A stretch of 64,000 nt of DNA, from assembly GCA_963757655.1 (NCBI GenBank), contig CAVWSQ010000001.1:742897-806896 (forward strand). Reading direction: 5' to 3'. The stretch is from an uncultured Acidobacteriota bacterium. Its GTDB lineage: Bacteria; Acidobacteriota; Vicinamibacteria; Vicinamibacterales; CAVVIG01. Shown here piece after piece: positions 17,147 through 25,478 of this stretch. The notes under the pieces were generated by a model. That model searched no databases. It saw only the letters and a program-made list of their open reading frames with translations, and was not told the origin of the DNA. The position numbers and the translations under genes were made by a program. Every line of letters starts with the position of its first letter. The stretch's first letter is position 1.

Positions 17147-18631
17147 CTAGAACTCTGCGGGCCTGGCGGGACCGGCCTCGATCGTCGTCGCCTGACGCCG
17201 CGTCAGCGCAAGGTGCGCGAGCCCGGCCGCGAAGAAACCGACGAACCAGGCGTAGTCGTAGAGCGGTTTGAGTACCGGCACGACGAAGCCGCCCCAGGCC
17301 AGCGCGCACCCGACCGCGGTGGCGGCGATCGCGCGCAGGTTCCAGCCGCCGTATGCACCGTCGGCCAGGTAGAGATCCTCGAGCCGCAGCTCGCAGCGGC
17401 GCACGATCCAGTAGTCCACCACCAGCACGCCGGCGATCGAGCCAAGGCCGCCCGAATAGCCGAGCAGCCAAGTGTAGATGTAGCCGGACGGATCCGCCAG
17501 CAGCCGCCACGGCTGAATGGCGATACCGAGCAGCCCGGTGATCAGTCCGCCGGTCTTGAAGCTGACCACGCGCGGAAACGCGTTGGCGAAGTCGTTGGCT
17601 GGAGACACGACGTTGGCCGCGATGTTGACGGCAATCGTGGCGACGACCACCGTGAACATCGAGATGGCGACGATGGCTGGCGAGCTGAACCTGCCGACCA
17701 GCTGCACCGGATCCCAGATGGCTTCCCCATAGATGATCGCCGTCGCGCTGGTGATCATGACGCCCATCGCCGCAAACAGCGACATCGTGGTCGGCAGCGC
17801 CACGGCCTGACCGAGCATCTGCTCGCGCTGGCTCCGCCCGAACCGGGTGAAATCCGGCATGTTGAGCGAGAGCGTCGCCCAGAACCCGATCATGGCGGTG
17901 AGCGACGGCACGAACACCGGCCAGAACTCCGCGAAGGTGCGAAACCGGCCCGGCTGGGCGAGCAGCGGGCCCAATCCGTTGGCCTTGACGATCGCCCACC
18001 ACAGCAACGCCGAGGTCATCACCAGCACGTAGGGCGCCGCCCAATTCTCCACTTCGCGGACCAGATCCATCCCGCGATAGATGATGAACACGTTGAGGCC
18101 CCAGAACAGCAGGAACGACAGCCATTCGGTCGTGGTGTGCCCGGCGAATCCGGCGCCCAGCAGCAGCGGCCAGCCCGGGATCACCGTCTTGAAGAACACC
18201 TGCAGCGCCTCGCCTCCGATCCAGGCCTGGATGCCGAACCAGCCGCAGGCGACCAGCGCGCGCATCAGCGCCGGCACATTCGAGCCGAGGGTGCCGTAGG
18301 CGGCGCGGGCAAAGACCGGAAACGGAATGCCGTACTTGGTGCCCGGATGCGAGTTGAGGAGGATGGGCGCCAGGACGATGGTGTTTCCGAGCAGGATGGT
18401 GAGCAGCGCCTGCGACCAGTTCATGCCCGACGCCAGCAAGCCTGACGCGAGCATGTAGGTCGGAATGCAGTGCGCCATGCTGACCCACAGCGCGGCGTAG
18501 TTGTAGGTCGTCCAGTTCCGGCGCGCGAGGGGGACCGGCGCCAGATCGTCGTTGTACAACGAGCTGGCCTCGACCCGGCGGGCGTCGATCAGCTCGACCC
18601 GTCCATCGGCAAGCTGCCGCTCGTTGTACAT
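17147..18631 (-). CDS. NCS1 family nucleobase:cation symporter (allantoin/uracil/cytosine permease type)
   Basis: Start at MYNERQLADGRVELIDARRVEASSLYNDDLAPVPLARRNWTTYNYAALWVSMAHCIPTY (ATG 18631). The 270 aa upstream in ORF 17147..19444 are antisense to the VWA gene. Confidence 0.9.
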   Translation of the reverse strand: MYNERQLADGRVELIDARRVEASSLYNDDLAPVPLARRNWTTYNYAALWVSMAHCIPTYMLASGLLASGMNWSQALLTILLGNTIVLAPILLNSHPGTKYGIPFPVFARAAYGTLGSNVPALMRALVACGWFGIQAWIGGEALQVFFKTVIPGWPLLLGAGFAGHTTTEWLSFLLFWGLNVFIIYRGMDLVREVENWAAPYVLVMTSALLWWAIVKANGLGPLLAQPGRFRTFAEFWPVFVPSLTAMIGFWATLSLNMPDFTRFGRSQREQMLGQAVALPTTMSLFAAMGVMITSATAIIYGEAIWDPVQLVGRFSSPAIVAISMFTVVVATIAVNIAANVVSPANDFANAFPRVVSFKTGGLITGLLGIAIQPWRLLADPSGYIYTWLLGYSGGLGSIAGVLVVDYWIVRRCELRLEDLYLADGAYGGWNLRAIAATAVGCALAWGGFVVPVLKPLYDYAWFVGFFAAGLAHLALTRRQATTIEAGPARPAEF

Positions 18632-18667
18632 CGTCGTATAGTAGCTGCTCACGCTGTGGAGGCTTCG

Positions 18668-19564
18668 ATGAAAACGCTTCTGCCGGTGCTGGCGTCGGTC
18701 GCGGCGCTGGCGATGACACCACCCGCCGCGTTCGCGCAATCGAAGAGCACTGGCAAGACTCACCTGCGTCATGTCTTCGTCAGCGTGACCGACGGTCAGG
18801 GCGCCGCGGTCGATGGGCTGACGGCCAGCGACTTCACGGTGAGCGAGGCCGGCGTGACCCGGCCGATCTCGCGCGTGGCGCCGGCCAAGGATCCGATGCG
18901 CATCGCGCTGATGCTCGACACCAGCGACGCCGCCGCGCCGGCGCTGACCCACGTGCGCAGCGGCGTCGCCAACTTCCTCGATGCCCTCCCTCCCGAAGAT
19001 GAAGTGATGCTCATCACGACCGGGCGGCAACTGCGAGTCCGCGTGCCGCCGACCACCGATCGCCGGAAGCTGAAGGAGACCGCGGCCGGCCTGTTCACCG
19101 ATGGCGCGGGGACGGTGCTGATGGATGGCCTGCTCGAGATCGACGAGCGCTTCTTCAAGAAGTTCGACGATCGCTGGCCGGTGCTGGTGATCTTCACCAG
19201 CGACGGCACGGAATCCAGCGCCGGTGCCCGCGAGAAGGAGTTCAGGAACTGGGTGCCGATGCTCGGCCCGCGCGGCTTCACGGTGCACGCGTTCGTCATG
19301 AAGACACCAAAAGGCAGCGGCATGCCGGACGTGGTGGCCGAGAGCCTGGCGCGAAACACCGGCGGCCGCTACGACGTGATGAATACCACCATGGCGCTCC
19401 CGGAAAAGATGAAGGCGCTTGGTGAAAGGCTGGCGCTCGACCATCGCAACATGAGCATGTGGTACGAGGTCGACATCCAGACCGACGCCAGCGAGCTCGG
19501 GCCCGTCGACGTGGCCGTCAAGCGCGAAGGGGTGCGCCTGGAGATCGCCAACAGCCGGCGGTGA
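18668..19564 (+). CDS. Secreted VWA-domain protein (acidobacterial VWFA-related type)
   Basis: ATG 18668 with GGAGG SD. Signal peptide MKTLLPVLASVAALAMTPPAAFAQ. Profile of the type ...LTASDFTVSEAG..RPISRV...MRIALMLDTSD... Confidence 0.75.
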   Translation: MKTLLPVLASVAALAMTPPAAFAQSKSTGKTHLRHVFVSVTDGQGAAVDGLTASDFTVSEAGVTRPISRVAPAKDPMRIALMLDTSDAAAPALTHVRSGVANFLDALPPEDEVMLITTGRQLRVRVPPTTDRRKLKETAAGLFTDGAGTVLMDGLLEIDERFFKKFDDRWPVLVIFTSDGTESSAGAREKEFRNWVPMLGPRGFTVHAFVMKTPKGSGMPDVVAESLARNTGGRYDVMNTTMALPEKMKALGERLALDHRNMSMWYEVDIQTDASELGPVDVAVKREGVRLEIANSRR

Positions 19565-19657
19565 TCGGTCAGTTCTCGACCTTGGAGGCTTTCCAAACGC
19601 AAGGTGCGGACCGCCAGAACGGATATAGTGTCCCCGGCGAAATCGAGATCTGACCCC

Positions 19658-20959
19658 ATGGCCGACACGACGATTCCCGACAAGTCGCTCGCCGCGATTC
19701 TCGACCTACTCGATCGCGCCAACGTGCGCGTGGCGGAACAGTTTCCGGGCGACTCCTCAGCGCGCCAGCCGGTGCACGTCGTCTACGGCGGCGCGCATCT
19801 GTTCACGGCGGACACACCCCGGAAGCTTGGCGCCGCCGCGCTGCGGGCGCTGCAGGAACACGCGCCAGACGCGGCGGCGCTCGCGTCCGCGTTCGGCCTG
19901 GATCCCGCGCTCGCGCACCGCATCCGCCCGCGCGTGGTCGAGAAACTGACGCGCGAACCGATCGAGGATTTCCGCATCGACTTCGAGGATGGGTTCGGCA
20001 TCCGGCCCGACCAGGAGGAGGACGATCAGGCCCGGCGGGCGGCCGCCGAAGTCGCCACCGCCATGCGCGACGGGATGCTGCCACCCTCGATAGGCATTCG
20101 CATCAAGCCGCTCAACGACGAACTGAAGCGGCGGAGCCTCCGTACCTTCGACCTGTTTCTCACGACCCTGCTCGAGAACAGTGGCGGCGCGCTGCCGGCG
20201 AACTTCGTGGTGACGCTGCCGAAAATCACTTCGCCCGAGCAGGTCACGGCGCTGGCGTCGGCGTGCGACGCGTTCGAGTACTGGCGCGATATCGGCCCGC
20301 TCGCGCTGAAGTTCGAGCTGATGATCGAGACGACGCAATCGGTGTTCGCGGCCGACGGCAGCGTGGCGCTGCCGCGCCTGATCGCCGAGGGCCATGGCCG
20401 CATCGTCGCGGCGCACTTCGGGACCTACGATTACACGGCGGCCTGCAGCATCACCGCAGCGCACCAGCACATGGGCCATCCGGCCTGCGACTTCGCCAAG
20501 CACGTGATGCAGGCCGCGCTCGCCGGAACCGGGATCTGGCTGTCGGACGGCGCCACCAACGTGATGCCGATCGGATCGCGCGAGGTGGTGCACCGGGCGT
20601 GGCGCCTGCACGCCGGCCACGTGCGCCATTCCCTGACCACCGGCTTCTATCAGGGATGGGATCTGCACCCGGCACAACTGCCGTCGCGCTTCACCGCGGT
20701 CTATGCCTTTTTTCTCGAAGGCCTCGACGCCGCCTCCGAACGCCTGAAGAACTTCGTGGAGAAGGCGGCGCAGGCCACGCTGGTCGGCGACCTGTTCGAC
20801 GACGCGGCGACCGGGCAAGGCTTGCTGAATTATTTCCTGCGGGCCATGAATTGCGGCGCCATCACGGAGGACGAGGCGGTCGAGAAGAGCGGGCTGACGC
20901 TGGGCGAACTGCGCGGGCGATCGTTCGTGAAGATCCTCAAGACCAGAGGCACGGCCTGA
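19658..20959 (+). CDS. CitE/HpcH/malate-synthase-like TIM-barrel lyase-fold protein, function unknown
   Basis: Start MADTTIPDK (ATG 19658). Motifs IEDFRIDFEDGFG, IRIKPLN, KFELMIETTQSV, AAHFGTYDYTAA resemble the DxED / MIET / fG.xD signatures of citrate-lyase-beta/HpcH aldolases. The coding call is firm; the function is uncertain. Confidence 0.7.
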   Translation: MADTTIPDKSLAAILDLLDRANVRVAEQFPGDSSARQPVHVVYGGAHLFTADTPRKLGAAALRALQEHAPDAAALASAFGLDPALAHRIRPRVVEKLTREPIEDFRIDFEDGFGIRPDQEEDDQARRAAAEVATAMRDGMLPPSIGIRIKPLNDELKRRSLRTFDLFLTTLLENSGGALPANFVVTLPKITSPEQVTALASACDAFEYWRDIGPLALKFELMIETTQSVFAADGSVALPRLIAEGHGRIVAAHFGTYDYTAACSITAAHQHMGHPACDFAKHVMQAALAGTGIWLSDGATNVMPIGSREVVHRAWRLHAGHVRHSLTTGFYQGWDLHPAQLPSRFTAVYAFFLEGLDAASERLKNFVEKAAQATLVGDLFDDAATGQGLLNYFLRAMNCGAITEDEAVEKSGLTLGELRGRSFVKILKTRGTA

Positions 20960-20968
20960 AAGCCCGCG

Positions 20969-21451
20969 TCAGAAGACGATGGTCAATGACGCGGTGAGCG
21001 CGGCCAGTGGCTCGGACGATTTACGGAGCACCGCCATCACGTTGCCCTTGAGGTGACCGCAGCCGATCGCGACGCCCGGCACCGGTCCAAACTTGATATC
21101 GGTCGTGTTCCGGTTCGGATACTGATAGTACGCGAGCGTGAGCGCGGCAACCGCGAACAGGTTGCAGCCGGCCGGGAGCGGAGCCATCCGGAATTCGGCT
21201 CCCGCCGACAGCGGCAGCACGAGCCCGCGATTGCTGTTGCGCAGCGCGTCGAATTCGACGAAGAACCGATCGGGCTTGAGGTAGTAGCGAAGTCCGAGAC
21301 CCCAGTTGTCCTCGTTGTAGTCGATGCTCCGATCGACGTGATAGCTCAAGCCCCAGAGCGCGATGCCCCAGTGCGGATCTTCAGCATGAGCCGGCGCGGG
21401 AAGCACGCCGAGCAGGATGAGTGTGACCATCAAGCGAGCCGGTGACCACAC
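20969..21451 (-). CDS. Small outer-membrane beta-barrel protein (hypothetical)
   Basis: Signal peptide ...LILLGVLPAPAHA, alternating beta-strand pattern, C-terminal ...SLTIVF. 7 nt downstream of the PreA-like gene on the same strand. Confidence 0.55.
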   Translation of the reverse strand: MWSPARLMVTLILLGVLPAPAHAEDPHWGIALWGLSYHVDRSIDYNEDNWGLGLRYYLKPDRFFVEFDALRNSNRGLVLPLSAGAEFRMAPLPAGCNLFAVAALTLAYYQYPNRNTTDIKFGPVPGVAIGCGHLKGNVMAVLRKSSEPLAALTASLTIVF

Positions 21452-21458
21452 AACTCGC

Positions 21459-22580
21459 CTAGGAGCCCGGCTGGTCGGCGTAGCCTTCGGCGTCGTAGCC
21501 GCCGCGATAGTCCTTCTCTTCGGCCCGCCGGATCTTGGACTGCAACACGACGCGATCGCGGCGGAGGCCGATGAAGTCGTCGAGCCGGGTCCACCCCTGC
21601 CCGGCGTGTTTGTCGAGAAAGTGCGCCAGCCCCTGGTTCAGCCCCTTGATGATGTTCGGACCGATCGCATGATCCAGCATCGCCGCGGTGCAGACCTGCA
21701 CCGTGCCGCAGCCGAGCAGGAAGTAGTTCAGGGCGTGCTCGAAGGTGGAGATGCCGCCGATGCCGGAGAAGCTCCGATCGGGAAAGGCCTGCGTGAGCTG
21801 CGACATCTTCGCCAGCGACAGGGGCAGGATCGCCGGGCCGCCGAGGCCGCCGGTCGAGACCAAGCCATCGACCTGCACCTCGAACTCGAGCGTCTCGCTG
21901 TCGATGAGCGGCAAGGAGGTGAAGGTGTTGGACGACACCACCGCATCGGCGCCACCGAGGAACGCGCCGCGCGCCTCGACCACGATGTCGGTGGTGGAGG
22001 GCGTGAGCTTGGCCCAGACCGGAATCGTCGCGACCTCCTTGACCGCCTGGGTCACGATTGACACCAGCTCCTGGTTTTTGCCGACATTCGAGCCCATGTC
22101 AGGGCGATCCATGTGAGGGCACGAGAGGTTGAGCTCGAGCGCGTCGCAGCCCTGCTGCTGGCAGGCCAGCGCCAGCTCCTGCCAGTGGCGCAGCTCGGTG
22201 TCGTTGCCGGAACCGGCCATGATCGAAGCGACCACCGCATGCCGCGGAAACGCCTTCTTGATCCGTCCGAGCCGCGGCACCCACCAGTCCAGCGTCTTGT
22301 CGGAGATCAGCTCCCAGTTCCACGACGAGTGCAGCGCCGCACCAGGACGCTTCTTCATCGAAAGGTGGGCGGAGTCGGCATCGGCACGAAGGAACTTCGT
22401 CTTCGGGCCGATCACGTTGACGACCGGGTGCAACCCGATGGTCTTGGTCACGACTCCCCCCCAGCCGGCCTCGAAGGCGCGCACGATGTTCGATTCCGAT
22501 TCGGTCGGCGGCGCCGACGACAGCAGAAACGGATTCTGAAAGCGCACGCCGGTGAATGTCGACGACAGGTCGGCCGCCAT
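21459..22580 (-). CDS. Dihydropyrimidine dehydrogenase PreA-like / class 1 DHODH-like flavoenzyme lacking the C-terminal 4Fe-4S domain
   Basis: GVRFQNPFLLSSAPPT, LELNLSCPH, AKLTPSTTDIV, SSNT, GGLGGPAILPLSL, SGIGGIST match DPD domain IV / PreA. The C-terminus has no Cys clusters. GAGGAGA SD. Confidence 0.85.
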   Translation of the reverse strand: MAADLSSTFTGVRFQNPFLLSSAPPTESESNIVRAFEAGWGGVVTKTIGLHPVVNVIGPKTKFLRADADSAHLSMKKRPGAALHSSWNWELISDKTLDWWVPRLGRIKKAFPRHAVVASIMAGSGNDTELRHWQELALACQQQGCDALELNLSCPHMDRPDMGSNVGKNQELVSIVTQAVKEVATIPVWAKLTPSTTDIVVEARGAFLGGADAVVSSNTFTSLPLIDSETLEFEVQVDGLVSTGGLGGPAILPLSLAKMSQLTQAFPDRSFSGIGGISTFEHALNYFLLGCGTVQVCTAAMLDHAIGPNIIKGLNQGLAHFLDKHAGQGWTRLDDFIGLRRDRVVLQSKIRRAEEKDYRGGYDAEGYADQPGS

Positions 22581-22671
22581 GGTGTCTCCTCGGCTCGGCT
22601 CGAGCCTTGGCGCGATGCTTCGGTGCTCGGCTGAAGCCCTCGCCTCATGGGTAGCGTAGCGCCGAAACGCG

Positions 22672-23547
22672 TCAGCCGGGTGAACGTCGTATCGTCGCCT
22701 CGATCAGCCCGAACGGCTGATCGGTCGCGACGAAGATCTCGTTGGGGTTGTCGAGGCCGAACGGCTGCAGGTCGACGAGCAGATGATGCCGGTTGGGCAG
22801 CGAAAGGGTAATCGCCGACAGTTCCCGGCAGGCCGCCAGTGCCGCCTCCCCCATCGCGTAGAGCGTGTGCTGCACCGAGCGGCTGAGGTGTGCGGCGAAG
22901 GTCTCGACCAGCGCCCGGCGCACGTCGGCGCGCACAGCAAAGTCTGTCGTGCCCGGCTGATAGGCCCACGACGCGGTGATCGATGTTGCCATGATCCGAT
23001 CGTCGGTCTCGGGCAGCGTCGTGTACTGATCGCGAGGAAAGCCGGAGAACGCCGAATCGGACGTCTTGAGCATCACCAGATTCGCAAGGCCGGACCTGAT
23101 CTCCGCCCCGCGCGCGTCACTGGTGACCCGCGCGGTCCAGCGCTCGGCTCCGGGCTGCACGAACGCGTACGGATGCGGACGCCCGCCGACCGACACCCGG
23201 GTCCACGGCTGCTCGACCGCGCTGATGCGCACGCGCGACACAGCCGGCTTGGCGAGAAAGTGATCCGCCAGCCTGACGACGAACCGTTCGATCTGGTCAA
23301 TCGGGTGCTGGCGCGCCAGCGCGTAGACCGTATTCTTCATCGTGTCGGTGGCCAGGCACGACGCGTTGTCCCCGTCCACGTAGACCGCCGCGAAGGCGCC
23401 TTCGAGCTGCACATCGATGGTCACGTCGACGAGCTCGTGTGACGCCGGCACACCCGCACCCGCCAGCTGTGAAGGCCGCTGCGGACGGCGCACCTTGACC
23501 AGCCGGATGCGGGACTTGCCGTAGCGATTCGCGATCAGTTCGGGCAT
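22672..23547 (-). CDS. Urate oxidase (factor-independent uricase)
   Basis: MPELIANRYGKSRIRLVKV..., DTMKNTVYALAR, LPNRHHLLVDL, typical uricase T-fold repeats. Start ATG 23547 (GGTGA SD); ATG 23580 is an alternative. Confidence 0.85.
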   Translation of the reverse strand: MPELIANRYGKSRIRLVKVRRPQRPSQLAGAGVPASHELVDVTIDVQLEGAFAAVYVDGDNASCLATDTMKNTVYALARQHPIDQIERFVVRLADHFLAKPAVSRVRISAVEQPWTRVSVGGRPHPYAFVQPGAERWTARVTSDARGAEIRSGLANLVMLKTSDSAFSGFPRDQYTTLPETDDRIMATSITASWAYQPGTTDFAVRADVRRALVETFAAHLSRSVQHTLYAMGEAALAACRELSAITLSLPNRHHLLVDLQPFGLDNPNEIFVATDQPFGLIEATIRRSPG

Positions 23548-23620
23548 CCGGATTTCACCAGCTCCGTCTCTGTACACCATCGACGCAACGAACCTGCGTC
23601 TGACTCTGACAATGCACGGT

Positions 23621-23953
23621 TCACGCGCCCCGATAGGTGCTGTACCCGAACGGGCTGAGCAGCAGCGGCACATGGAAATGCTCGTCGGGGTCCCGCACGT
23701 TGAACGTAATTTTGACTTCGGGAAAAAATGCCACGGTGAGCCCCTGCTGTCGGTGAAAGGCGCCGACGTCGAAGGTCAGGCGATAGGTGCCCGGCGACAC
23801 CGGCCCCCCGGTGAGGGTATTGACGCGCCCTTTCTCGTCGGTCGTGCCGCGGCCCACAGGCGCCCATTCGCTGGCCTGCCGGACCTCGAGGATGACTGTG
23901 ACGCCCTGGGCCGGCTCACCGCGCGCGATGTCGAGCACGTGTGTCGTGATCAT
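23621..23953 (-). CDS. uraH: 5-hydroxyisourate hydrolase (transthyretin-like)
   Basis: MITTHVLDIARGEPAQGV...HFHVPLLLSPFGYSTYRGA. Canonical HVLD start and YRG(S/A) end. Confidence 0.9.
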   Translation of the reverse strand: MITTHVLDIARGEPAQGVTVILEVRQASEWAPVGRGTTDEKGRVNTLTGGPVSPGTYRLTFDVGAFHRQQGLTVAFFPEVKITFNVRDPDEHFHVPLLLSPFGYSTYRGA

Positions 23954-24489
23954 GGCGCGTCCGACTCCAATTCGAGCAGCTTGATCAGCCTCAGCTGTGT
24001 GATCTTCCGCTGTTCCGCCGCCGCCGTTGCCAACTCTTCGGCTCGATCATGCCGCATTCTCATCTCGAGCATCGCCAGCATCTCGTCGCCGGTTCTTCCG
24101 GTGGCGCAGGCGATGAAAATGTAACCGAAGCGGGCCTGGTAGTCGCGGTTGACCTCGGCGAGACGGCGTCGCGTCTGTCCCGGGGCACCGGCCACCCCGG
24201 CCTGTTCCTGGTCCGACCAGGCTCCCGGGCGGGCCGCGCCGCGGTCCGGATCGGGATCACACCGGGCGCTCGGACCTTCCCCAATCTGCGGGTGCGCCGC
24301 GAACGCCTCGAGCCAGTCGGACGGATCGAGCGACAGCCAGATCGCATCAGCACGGCCGGCCATCGCGTCGGCGCTCGCGAAGGGTCTGGCCTCCGCCATC
24401 AGACGCGCCCACCGGGTCGAACCGCAGCAGCGCAGGAACGCGCGCGCTGCGGCGCCAACGGCGAGCGCGTTCAACGCCGCGAGGCCCAT
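23950..24489 (-). CDS. uraD: 2-oxo-4-hydroxy-4-carboxy-5-ureidoimidazoline (OHCU) decarboxylase
   Basis: Start MGLAALNAL (ATG 24489). AHPQIGE...WSDQEQAG...NRDYQARFGYIFIACATGRTGDEML...EQRKITQLRLIKLL. ATGA overlap with uraH. Confidence 0.8.
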   Translation of the reverse strand: MGLAALNALAVGAAARAFLRCCGSTRWARLMAEARPFASADAMAGRADAIWLSLDPSDWLEAFAAHPQIGEGPSARCDPDPDRGAARPGAWSDQEQAGVAGAPGQTRRRLAEVNRDYQARFGYIFIACATGRTGDEMLAMLEMRMRHDRAEELATAAAEQRKITQLRLIKLLELESDAP

Positions 24490-25478
24490 TACGCCGGTCG
24501 CCCGAACAGTCGCAGGCGTGCGATGCCGCCGTCGGGAAAGATATTGAGCCGCGCATGGGTAACGGCGCCGGCCTCTCGCAGCTCCTCCTCGAACGCATGA
24601 CAGGCGTCGGGCTGCAGCGGGATGCGTGGCAGCAGTTCGATCCAGGCCGCACCCTCGAGCTGCTGACCGTGTTCGAGCCGAGCCGCGTCGAGGCTGCAGG
24701 CGCCCGGGGCATTGCCCTTGAAATGACGCGTGTCGACCACCACGCGGCGGATCGCGCCAGAGGCGCCCATCCGGACGACCGTCCAATCGTGTCCGGGGCC
24801 ACGGCGGCGCTTCGTCTCCCAGCCATCGCCCATGTGCGTCGCGTCTCCCGGCATGATCAGGTTGTGGCGCGATCCGTAGAACATGTTGCTGCACGACACC
24901 ACGGTCCCGCCGTGCTCGACTGCGGCGAGGTCGACGTCTCCGTAGCGGGACAGTCGGTTCCAGTCGGGCACCACTTCACCGTAGACGCGCAGCCGCGCGA
25001 CCCCCCCGTCCGGATAGATGCGCAGCCTCAGGTGGGTGGCCGCCAGCGCCCCGTCGATCGCGAAGACGTTGTCGGTGTTGCCGGTGAGCGACTGCCGGGG
25101 CAGCAGCTCGCGCCACGGCGCCTGCAGCAGCGCGTCGGGCGTCGGCAGGCCCGGCAGATCGCATGCATCGATCGCGCACGACTCGGGATAGTTGCCGGTA
25201 AAGAACGTCGTTTGGACGTCGACGCCGCGCGCAATCCCGCGTGCACCCAGGCGGACCAGGCACCAGTCGTGCGCATCGGGTCCGAGATCGCGGCGGCGGC
25301 GGGTCTCCCAGCCATCCATCCACTTGCCCCGCTCGGTGTAGTCGCCTTCGCGCCACACCGGTGGGGCGGCCTTGAGCAGGTTCTCTTTGGGCGCGAAAAA
25401 CTCGTCGTTGGCCGCTACGGCCGCCGCGCCAAGGCGCTCCGAGGCGAGATCGACCAGATCGAGAAACGGGGCCTTCAT
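24489..25478 (-). CDS. alc: Allantoicase
   Basis: Start MKAPFLDLVDLASERLGAAAVAANDEFFAPKENLL. Two allantoicase repeats (WMDGWETRRRR, DGWETKRRRGPGHDW). Confidence 0.9.
   Translation of the reverse strand: MKAPFLDLVDLASERLGAAAVAANDEFFAPKENLLKAAPPVWREGDYTERGKWMDGWETRRRRDLGPDAHDWCLVRLGARGIARGVDVQTTFFTGNYPESCAIDACDLPGLPTPDALLQAPWRELLPRQSLTGNTDNVFAIDGALAATHLRLRIYPDGGVARLRVYGEVVPDWNRLSRYGDVDLAAVEHGGTVVSCSNMFYGSRHNLIMPGDATHMGDGWETKRRRGPGHDWTVVRMGASGAIRRVVVDTRHFKGNAPGACSLDAARLEHGQQLEGAAWIELLPRIPLQPDACHAFEEELREAGAVTHARLNIFPDGGIARLRLFGRPA

Noticed and set aside
18632-19444. N-terminal 270-aa extension of the NCS1 permease ORF (17147..19444)
   Set aside because: The extension is antisense to the VWA gene and has no transporter features. 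The permease family sequence begins at MYNERQ (ATG 18631).
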